Shown in pieces: positions 8,345 to 15,201 of a stretch of 15,206 bases of DNA. Below the pieces are notes generated by a model. The model saw nothing but the letters and a program-made list of their open reading frames with translations, had not been told where the DNA came from and ran no database searches. The stretch comes from a bacterium (lineage in GTDB: Bacteria; Zhuqueibacterota; Zhuqueibacteria; Oceanimicrobiales; Oceanimicrobiaceae). Position 1 is the first letter of the stretch, and the number at the start of each line of letters is the position of its first letter. A program made the translations under genes and the position numbers. Location: positions 1 through 15,206 of the forward strand of contig JBHHXN010000126.1 in the NCBI GenBank assembly GCA_046757025.1, in the 5' to 3' direction.

Positions 8345-10024
8345 TTATTCTCCGCCAACCTGCACCCGCACATTCAACGGCGGCGCCGGCGGGGTGGTAT
8401 CTTGCTGTCCTTCCAAACCGGTGGCAGTGAAAGTGACCAGAGAATCCGAAAGACCGGCTGCCGTCGCGGTGACCTGAATACGGCCCGGCGTGGCGCCGAG
8501 TAACAGAGTCGCTTGCGCCCGACCGTTCGCCGCCGTCCTCACGGGCTGGCTTTCCTGTAAGGTGGCATCGCCAGAAGCCACCACGAAGGAAACGGCCACA
8601 CCCGATACCGGGTTGTTGCTGGCATCTTTTACCGCCACGACCAGAGGCGACGAAAGAGCGGTTCCTACCAACGCCGACTGATTATCGCCTGAAACCATCA
8701 CCAATTGAGCTGGCGGTCCGACTTCGAAATTGCCTTTTATCATGGTGAAATAATCCACCACGCTGCCCTGGTCGTCGATAAACGTGGCCTCCAGTCGGTT
8801 ATTTTCTATATCCAGTACCAGGGAACCCAAAATTTTTTGAGCATACAGCATCACAGGGTGATCAAATGAGCCTTTGCCAGCTTGCCCGGAAGAACCAGCC
8901 ACCACATAAACCGCGCCTTCATGCGGCGCCACACCCAGGGTGCGCTTTTTGTAAGCGCCATCGCCATCGATTCGACCATCGCCGCCATCCACCAACATGC
9001 TGTTATCAAACGAGCCGGAATCGCCGTAATGACCATCGATGAGGTACGACCGTTCATAATTGTGACTGTGGCCGCTCAAAATCAAGTCCACACCACCATC
9101 CTCTAAAATAGGCACGGCGAACTGCCGCATTAAAACTAGCGGTTTATCCGAATCCGAATCGTGGGTACCTTTGCTGTAGGGCGGGTGGTGCCAGAAAGCG
9201 ATGGTCCAGTCTTTGTCGTTGGCCGCCAGATCTTCTTCCAGCCAGGTGAGCATAGTGCTGCCCGTGGAAATTTCGCTTTTTTTATTAGAATTCAGACAGA
9301 TGAAATGAATGTTGCCGTAATCAAATGCATAGTACGATTCACTTCCTGAAGCCAGACCGCCGGCCTCGCCGTTGGTGGGCAAGGTGAATATGTCATGAAA
9401 AGGATTAGGGCCCGGCGATGAAGAGGAATTGACGTCGTGGTTTCCGAGGGTCGGCCACAACACCGACTTGATCAGCATGTCTTCGTACATATTTTCAAAC
9501 ACCGCCTGCTGATATTGCGCATCGGTGCCGCTGCTGTAGGCATTGTCGCCCAACATGAGCCATAAGTCGGTGTGGCGACTGCCGGTGAAATTATAGTACG
9601 CATCGCGAACCGCCCGGGCGTTGTCGTTTTTAGTGCCGGAATCGCCCAATATCCACAGCCGGGTGGGTTTGGCCTCTCCCGCCAGTGGCGAAGTGATAAA
9701 AAAATGTCTCTCGTCGCCGCCCGCAAGCGTTTGAGAGTCGGCGCCGATGGCATAATAGTATTTCGTGTCCGGGGAAAGATTGGACAGTCGCACTTCGTGC
9801 TCGGTTGTGGAGCCATTTTGACCGGCTTGTAAATTTAAATTACCCAAGTTGACGCCATATTTGACCTGACTGGCAGTAGCTTGATCCGTACGCCATCGGA
9901 CGATAACACTGGTTGGAGTACCACTTTGTAAATAGGGTCCGCGGATGACGGTTTGCGCTGATAAAAATCCATTCAAAGACAAAAAAAATGCTGCTATAAA
10001 AACAGAGCCCATTTTATAATTCAT
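8345..10024 (-). CDS. Secreted purple acid phosphatase family protein, paralog of 6497..8191
   Basis: Motifs GDSG, GDNAY, GNHD, FWHH, GHSH, with the same architecture and long identical stretches (e.g. WILGDSGTKNDNARAVRDAYYN). Signal peptide LSA|Q; tail DTTPPAPPLNVRVQVGGE. Confidence 0.9.
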   Translation of the reverse strand: MNYKMGSVFIAAFFLSLNGFLSAQTVIRGPYLQSGTPTSVIVRWRTDQATASQVKYGVNLGNLNLQAGQNGSTTEHEVRLSNLSPDTKYYYAIGADSQTLAGGDERHFFITSPLAGEAKPTRLWILGDSGTKNDNARAVRDAYYNFTGSRHTDLWLMLGDNAYSSGTDAQYQQAVFENMYEDMLIKSVLWPTLGNHDVNSSSSPGPNPFHDIFTLPTNGEAGGLASGSESYYAFDYGNIHFICLNSNKKSEISTGSTMLTWLEEDLAANDKDWTIAFWHHPPYSKGTHDSDSDKPLVLMRQFAVPILEDGGVDLILSGHSHNYERSYLIDGHYGDSGSFDNSMLVDGGDGRIDGDGAYKKRTLGVAPHEGAVYVVAGSSGQAGKGSFDHPVMLYAQKILGSLVLDIENNRLEATFIDDQGSVVDYFTMIKGNFEVGPPAQLVMVSGDNQSALVGTALSSPLVVAVKDASNNPVSGVAVSFVVASGDATLQESQPVRTAANGRAQATLLLGATPGRIQVTATAAGLSDSLVTFTATGLEGQQDTTPPAPPLNVRVQVGGE

Positions 10025-10047
10025 AAAAAAACCTTTCTGATTGATTT

Positions 10048-10908
10048 TTATCTGGCTGAAATTTGCTCCAGTGTCTTCTCCAACCAGGTTTTCATTCTTG
10101 AAATGGATTTGGTCTTTTGCCGACCGGGAGGAAGGGATGCAATGGCTTGCAACGCCTGGCGGTAGGCGAGGATTGCTTCGTCAATCCGCCCTGCTTCCTG
10201 AAGAATTTTACCGCGCCGCATCAACCATTTTTCTTTTCTTGCAGATTGAGCTGATATGAGATCAAGACGGGCTAATGCACCATCGTAGTTCTTTCTTTTC
10301 AGCTCCAGCTCAATGGCAAATAATTGCAGCGTGACGATGGGCCCTAAGATGTAGATACCTTCGTCCAATCCCTGAATCGCTTTGTCCAAATGCATGTGAT
10401 CAAAGCTGGCAAGCGCCCGCGCCCGCTCGATGAATAATTCGGGAGTCGGATTCTGTATCAACTTTATCGCCAGGGTGTAATCCTCGGCCGCGGTTAAATT
10501 TTCGTTTAATTTGGTGAGAACGCGCCCTCGGGTTACCAGCGCTTCGGGATTATTCGGATGCTTTGAGAGGTAGCGATTTAAAGGTACGATAGCTTGTTCA
10601 AACCGCCCTGCATCCAACAACATCATGCCACGGGCTAAATCTACCACATCCAGACGGGGATCTAAAATGGCTGCAGAATCATAGTCGGCTTGTGCTGCTT
10701 CCCAATCCAGATGATGACGGTGCAGTTCTCCGCGCTTCAAATAAAGAGCAGCGTTATCCGGAGCCAGCGCAATCTGTTTGGTCATCTCTGCAATCTGTTC
10801 ATCCAGCGGCCCATGCGCTAGTGCAAATGACGGTTTGAACAAGCAAATAATTGATAGCGCAAGTAAAATGGCGATCAAGAGAGCGAGTTTGCCGATTTTT
10901 ATTTCCAT
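10048..10908 (-). CDS. Exported tetratricopeptide-repeat protein
   Basis: 286 aa with a signal peptide ending ALA|HG. Several TPR-like helical repeats (LYLKRGEL...AQADYDSA, ALVTRGRVL...AAEDYTLAI, WLMRRGKILQEAGRIDEAILAYRQAL). It ends 23 nt before the PAP start. Confidence 0.85.
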   Translation of the reverse strand: MEIKIGKLALLIAILLALSIICLFKPSFALAHGPLDEQIAEMTKQIALAPDNAALYLKRGELHRHHLDWEAAQADYDSAAILDPRLDVVDLARGMMLLDAGRFEQAIVPLNRYLSKHPNNPEALVTRGRVLTKLNENLTAAEDYTLAIKLIQNPTPELFIERARALASFDHMHLDKAIQGLDEGIYILGPIVTLQLFAIELELKRKNYDGALARLDLISAQSARKEKWLMRRGKILQEAGRIDEAILAYRQALQAIASLPPGRQKTKSISRMKTWLEKTLEQISAR

Positions 10909-10941
10909 ATTAAAAATACGTTTAATCCGTTTTTTTCCAAA

Positions 10942-12306
10942 TCAATCACTTCCCCCAACGACTCTAACATTTTTTGGCGGATCCGGTGGAATGGAATCCG
11001 ACACCGGAATCAAAGCCATGTTTTGCCCAAAAAGCTGCTGACCGTCTGCTACCGTAATATTTTTCGACCAGTCCTGAAAGCCGTTTTTTGAGCAGTAAAG
11101 TTCATAGGAGCCCGCCGCAATGTTGTTGAAATGATAACGGCCTGTTGAGCCGGTTTGCGTTTCATAGCGGACACTTCTGCCGCTTTTCAACTGCACCAGG
11201 GCATTGGTGATGGGCTGGCGGTTGGCGCTATTTTCAACCACTCCGCTGACAGAGGTGACATCCGGCTGATTGTTGCTGCCGGTGCCGAAGGTCCAATCGG
11301 TCCAGGCGACATTTTTGCCGGGCTGGGCCGGCATTTTTGCGGGGAAGCTGGCGCCGTAAAAATAATTTATCACATGCGGGGTCCATTCATCGTCGCCTGT
11401 GGCAGGAAAATTGGCTTCGTTGTGCAGCCATTCAAACGCCCGCAGCATGGCTTTGTCTTCCCAATTCCAGACGTCGTAGCCCGCCCGGTACAAAATCACG
11501 GCTTGTGCCAGCACCCCTTGCAGGGCGCCGTAAACGTAATTGGCTTTGGGTGGCGGCCATTTAAAACCGCCGTTTCTCCGCTGATCATCCGGCAGGACGC
11601 CGTCGATGGAATGGCCGTCGCGGGTAGCGCCTTTAGGGTTGATACCAACCGGATTATCGGGATCCGCCTGCCAGGAAAGCGCCCCCCAGGTAAAACCGGC
11701 GTAGGAAGCGCGATCGCCCAGCCAGCCCTTGAATACCTGTGCGGTGCGCTCGATCTCTTCCTGATCGCCCAGATAAACCGCCACCGCGGCCCGGCTGGCG
11801 CCGGCGTGCGTTCCCCAATTGTTGCCGCGATCTTCATGGGTCGATTGCAGGGTGCGGCCGCTGAGCGATTCGGTGAGCGTTTCCCGCAGCCAGGCGCGAA
11901 AACGCTGATCTTTATCGGCCGGCAAGCCTACCAGATCCGCTGAGATCACATAAGCAGCCAGCTCGCGGCCCAGCGCCAGCGTGCGGCCGCCTTTTTCGGT
12001 ATCGATGGCTTTCATGCAAGCATCGATGACTTCGTTGCGATAAGATTCGTCGCCGCTGCGCGCGTAAACCAACGCTTTGGCCATCACCCTCACATTGACT
12101 TCATCTTCCTGATTCGAAACATTTGGCGTGCCGGTCGCTCTATCGGCCTCGGCTTTGAGATTGTTCCAGGCGGGACCGGATGTGGGCAGGTTCTGCAATT
12201 CCTCTTGAGTTATCCACATTTCTTTGCCCTGAGCCAGGACGGTCTCTCTGCTCCATAAAAGGCTCAAAATGGTCGCAATGAACATCAACGCTTTGTATTT
12301 ACGCAT
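10942..12306 (-). CDS. Secreted alginate-lyase-like (alpha/alpha toroid) protein + carboxypeptidase-regulatory-like beta-sandwich + conserved tail
   Basis: The start is moved from 12333 to ATG 12306 (GAGGAG RBS); signal peptide VLA|Q. A helical domain carries GNNWGT, resembling the NN[HW] motif of Alginate_lyase-family proteins. The C-terminal SVSGVV...PITNALVQL...TGSTGRYHF..IAAGSYEL..SKNGF module precedes the tail DSIPPDPPKNVRVVGGSD. The lyase assignment is by motif only. Confidence 0.65.
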   Translation of the reverse strand: MRKYKALMFIATILSLLWSRETVLAQGKEMWITQEELQNLPTSGPAWNNLKAEADRATGTPNVSNQEDEVNVRVMAKALVYARSGDESYRNEVIDACMKAIDTEKGGRTLALGRELAAYVISADLVGLPADKDQRFRAWLRETLTESLSGRTLQSTHEDRGNNWGTHAGASRAAVAVYLGDQEEIERTAQVFKGWLGDRASYAGFTWGALSWQADPDNPVGINPKGATRDGHSIDGVLPDDQRRNGGFKWPPPKANYVYGALQGVLAQAVILYRAGYDVWNWEDKAMLRAFEWLHNEANFPATGDDEWTPHVINYFYGASFPAKMPAQPGKNVAWTDWTFGTGSNNQPDVTSVSGVVENSANRQPITNALVQLKSGRSVRYETQTGSTGRYHFNNIAAGSYELYCSKNGFQDWSKNITVADGQQLFGQNMALIPVSDSIPPDPPKNVRVVGGSD

Positions 12307-12463
12307 GACCGAATACTCCTCAAATTCATTCATCTACTTACTATTCGCATGCCCGGTAGCTGTACTTAATTCGGCTCGTTTTGTCCTTTTCTATATCGCT
12401 TTTTGTCGGTCAAAAAAATTAACTTGTCAGCTCACTGTATTTAATCGTTTGCGATTCGACTTA

Positions 12464-13594
12464 TTAATTGAGTGCTTTCGTGCCGTGTGTCCAGTCTGTC
12501 CAGCCCACTTGCTTGCCAAATTTAACCGGCTTTCCATTCCAGAAATTGGTACCGTAAACCCGATCGATCAAAGGCAATATCCAGCGATCATCGCCTTTGG
12601 CCGGTGCATTCCCGCGCTGCGGATCCTGCTGCCAGGAAACGGCCCGCAATATGGCCTGGTCGCCCCAGCTCCAACTGTCGAAGCCTGCCCGCGAGAGCAA
12701 ATAGGCCTGTCCCACGGCGCCTTGCAAACCGCCCCAGACATGGACATCCGTACGAGGCGGCCAGCTTATTTCGCTGTCCGGGCAGCCGGCCCGGCGCTGA
12801 TCATCGGGCTGAACGCCGTCCACATCCCGCATGTCCCCCACCACCCTCATTTTCGTGCCTTTAGGCAGAATGCCAACGGGATTTTTCGGATCGGCCTGCC
12901 AGCATAAATCGCCCCATTTAAATCCGCTGTACGATTTGCGGTCACCCAGCCAGCCCTTGAAAACAGCCGCCGCCCGATTCAGATCGTCCAGTTTGCCGAG
13001 GTAGAGGGCGGCTGCGATGCGCACCACACCCGCTTGCGTACCGTGATTATTACCACGAATTTCATGTTTCTGAATCTGCGTCTTCTTGTCGAGCCGTTTT
13101 TTGTAAACCACGTACTCCAGCCACTTCCTGAATTTCTGGTCCTTTTCTGCATCCAGCGACTTCAAGTCGATGAGATCCGCGGCGAGGATGTAACCGGTCA
13201 CCGTTCGGCTCAGCGAAAGAGAATTGCCATCCGATTCCACTTTATTGTCAACCGCTTTGATGATATGCTCGGCCACCTCTTGTAATCTCTTTTGGTCATT
13301 GAGCCGGGCCGCAACCAGTGCCGCCGCCATCACTTGCGTATCGTGCACACTGCCATGCCCGCCTTTCGCCTGCGCCAAATGTAATTTATCGGCCACTGCT
13401 TTTAAATTTTTCCAGGCCCTGCCGGTAGTTGGAAGCACAGCCAGCTCCCGTTTACTCAACCAGATGCCATTGGCATGAATCTTCTGAATGGCAGGAAGCT
13501 GGGTGGATTCGGCCTTTTCGCTGAATTTTGCCTCGGAGGAACAGGCAAACAACTGGACAACGACGAGTAATAAATAAGGCAATTTTTTATTCAT
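12464..13594 (-). CDS. Lipoprotein, alginate-lyase-like paralog of 10942..12306, without the tail
   Basis: The true start is probably ATG 13594 (GGAGAGG RBS; MNKKLPYLLLVVVQLFA-C18 lipobox) rather than 13795, which overlaps the phytase. It shares VFKGWLGDR.SY.GF.WG.L.WQADP.NPVGI.PKG, DGV.PDDQRR and WTDWT with its neighbour and carries GNNHGT. Confidence 0.7.
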   Translation of the reverse strand: MNKKLPYLLLVVVQLFACSSEAKFSEKAESTQLPAIQKIHANGIWLSKRELAVLPTTGRAWKNLKAVADKLHLAQAKGGHGSVHDTQVMAAALVAARLNDQKRLQEVAEHIIKAVDNKVESDGNSLSLSRTVTGYILAADLIDLKSLDAEKDQKFRKWLEYVVYKKRLDKKTQIQKHEIRGNNHGTQAGVVRIAAALYLGKLDDLNRAAAVFKGWLGDRKSYSGFKWGDLCWQADPKNPVGILPKGTKMRVVGDMRDVDGVQPDDQRRAGCPDSEISWPPRTDVHVWGGLQGAVGQAYLLSRAGFDSWSWGDQAILRAVSWQQDPQRGNAPAKGDDRWILPLIDRVYGTNFWNGKPVKFGKQVGWTDWTHGTKALN

Positions 13595-13677
13595 ATTTTC
13601 CTCTCCCTCGTAAGAAATTTGGTGTACGCAGCATGAATTTATCGAAGTTAAAAGTAAAAATTCACAATTGAAAGAAA

Positions 13678-14796
13678 TTATTCGTCCGGACTCACTCTGA
13701 CATTTTTTGGCGGCGCCGGCGGCGTGGTATCCGTGGCCGGCGGACCGCCCCCGTTCACACAAATAGTCAGGTTGCTTTCTGCAATTTGAGCCCAATCGTA
13801 AAGATGGTAGCGGGCGCCGGCTTCATCGTGTGCCACCACGAAGCCGTTGGGAAAATTCGGCGGCACGCCTGCAGAATTCACATCCAATCCATCGGTACCC
13901 AGACCAGACTTTCCTTTGTGGTCCAACGGCTCGATGGTTTTGATGAATTTATTATCACCCTGCCGTTCATAAATTTTAAAGGTAGAATTGCCCTGGCTGG
14001 AGAGCACGAGATAACCCGTGCCATCTTTGCAAGCGTACAAAGCCAGGCCCTCTCGGTCCCCGGAGATGCCGTCTTTGGAAGCAAAAAAGCCGATTTCATC
14101 TGCGCTTTGCTGTGGGTCGGCATAAAATTTGTGAATACCTTTGGCTTCTTCTGTTATGTACACAAAAGCCAGTTCATCATCCGCTACAAAGCCCTCCGCG
14201 GTACCGCCGTTGTAATTTAAATCGCGTACGGCGGTGACGGTCACGTCTTCACCCGTGCCGTCGTCTTCAATTCGATATTGACGAACTTCTCCGCCGTTTT
14301 TGGGTCGTTCAAATACAAATAAAGCGCCATCCATGGCCCGTCGATACAACCCAAATCCATAGCTATCTTTCTGAATGTCATTACCTTTGCTGTCTTTGTC
14401 GGCAATTTGCACCAGGACGTCCCCACTGCTATAATCGCGATTCACTTTAAACACGGCTAATTTACCGGCATCGCGTAAATTGGCCGCCACCACATCCACC
14501 ATCACGCCTCCCAACTGAATTCCATAGCGCACATCCACGTTGTTGGTCTTCGTACCTTGTTGAATATGTTGCAATTCGTTTCCGTCCATGTCCCACACAT
14601 AAATGCCGGCATCTTTATCGGTGCCAATGATGACGCTTTTAGAAGGATCCGTTGGATGAATCCACACAGCCGGATCATCTGCGTTGCCGGCAGTGGGTGC
14701 GGTACTCACCGTCGGCGCCACTACGGTTTGCCCCTGGATAGTACTACCAATCAATAAAAGAACAATACCAATCTGCGGTGATATGCGATTCTTCAT
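13678..14796 (-). CDS. phy: Beta-propeller phytase (3-phytase, Bacillus PhyC-like) with conserved C-terminal tail
   Basis: BPP signatures ADDPAVWIHP, IIGTDK, NNVDVRY, YG, AEGFVADDE, DREGLALY, SSQGN, TDG and FPNGFVVAHD. Signal peptide IQG|Q; GAGG RBS; tail DTTPPAPPKNVRVSPDE. Confidence 0.92.
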   Translation of the reverse strand: MKNRISPQIGIVLLLIGSTIQGQTVVAPTVSTAPTAGNADDPAVWIHPTDPSKSVIIGTDKDAGIYVWDMDGNELQHIQQGTKTNNVDVRYGIQLGGVMVDVVAANLRDAGKLAVFKVNRDYSSGDVLVQIADKDSKGNDIQKDSYGFGLYRRAMDGALFVFERPKNGGEVRQYRIEDDGTGEDVTVTAVRDLNYNGGTAEGFVADDELAFVYITEEAKGIHKFYADPQQSADEIGFFASKDGISGDREGLALYACKDGTGYLVLSSQGNSTFKIYERQGDNKFIKTIEPLDHKGKSGLGTDGLDVNSAGVPPNFPNGFVVAHDEAGARYHLYDWAQIAESNLTICVNGGGPPATDTTPPAPPKNVRVSPDE

Positions 14797-15100
14797 TGGA
14801 ACCTCATTTTCAATTCGAATTTTCGAACCATATTTTGGTTACCTTATTAAACTTTAACCATCCCCATGTTACTTACTAATATGTAATTAATTCACGTAGA
14901 AAAATTACAATTAAGTAAGAATCATTGTTAAATTGGATGAATTCGGTAACCTTTATTCATTCCCTAAATAGAAATAATTTCATTTTAACATTCGACTTAT
15001 TTATTTGATAATTCGATACTTTCATCGATTTATCCGTCGAAGTAACTCTGCCCAAAATACCTCGACTTCGACTCCATCAGCCAATTGTCTTCTTCTTTTT

Positions 15101-15117
15101 CGCAATTAGCGTGCCAA
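15101..15117 (-). promoter_or_regulatory. Sigma54 (RpoN) -24/-12 promoter upstream of the phytase operon
   Basis: The minus strand reads TTGGCACG-CTAA-TTGCG, matching the YTGGCACG-N4-TTGC consensus with exact GG-N10-GC spacing. It is oriented toward the phytase, with a predicted +1 near 15090. Confidence 0.75.
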
Positions 15118-15188
15118 TGCCTTAATTTTATTTTAGATAAAAATCGCACACTACGGTTATCCAGTTAACTCAGCCCTCATCCAGGATT

Positions 15189-15201
15189 GTCATTCTGAGC
15201 G
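15189..15201. repeat. Start of a REP-like element at the window edge
   Basis: GTCATTCTGAGCG resembles the head of a common intergenic palindromic repeat type and is related to the GAGCG core at 196-208. It is cut off by the window end. Confidence 0.3.

Noticed and set aside
7850..9950. PAP N-terminal FN3-like domains as the in-window acceptors of the tail strand
   Set aside because: They appear to have their own first strand (VIRGPYLQ), as in ordinary PAP N-domains. This cannot be fully excluded without modelling.
11155..12907. Long plus-strand ORFs (11155..11943, 12269..12907) and similar ones such as 1129..1761
   Set aside because: They are antisense shadows of well-supported minus-strand genes, with no recognisable motifs.
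5093..13731. Interpreting the tails as FN3 domains truncated by frameshifts or nonsense mutations (pseudogenes)
   Set aside because: Five independent genes stop within one residue of the same position on an acidic residue. What follows is short AT-rich intergenic DNA or the next gene (only 33 nt at 10909-10941), leaving no room for FN3 remnants.
13595..13795. N-terminal 67-aa extension of ORF 12464..13795
   Set aside because: It overlaps the phytase 3' end in another frame and has no protein-like features. ATG 13594 has a strong RBS and gives a clean lipoprotein signal.
15030..15077. 15-codon leader ORF (MESKSRYFGQSYFDG) on the minus strand
   Set aside because: It has no clear RBS and no telling codon run; ORFs this short are expected by chance. 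It overlaps the leader hairpin, so it is worth revisiting only if conserved.
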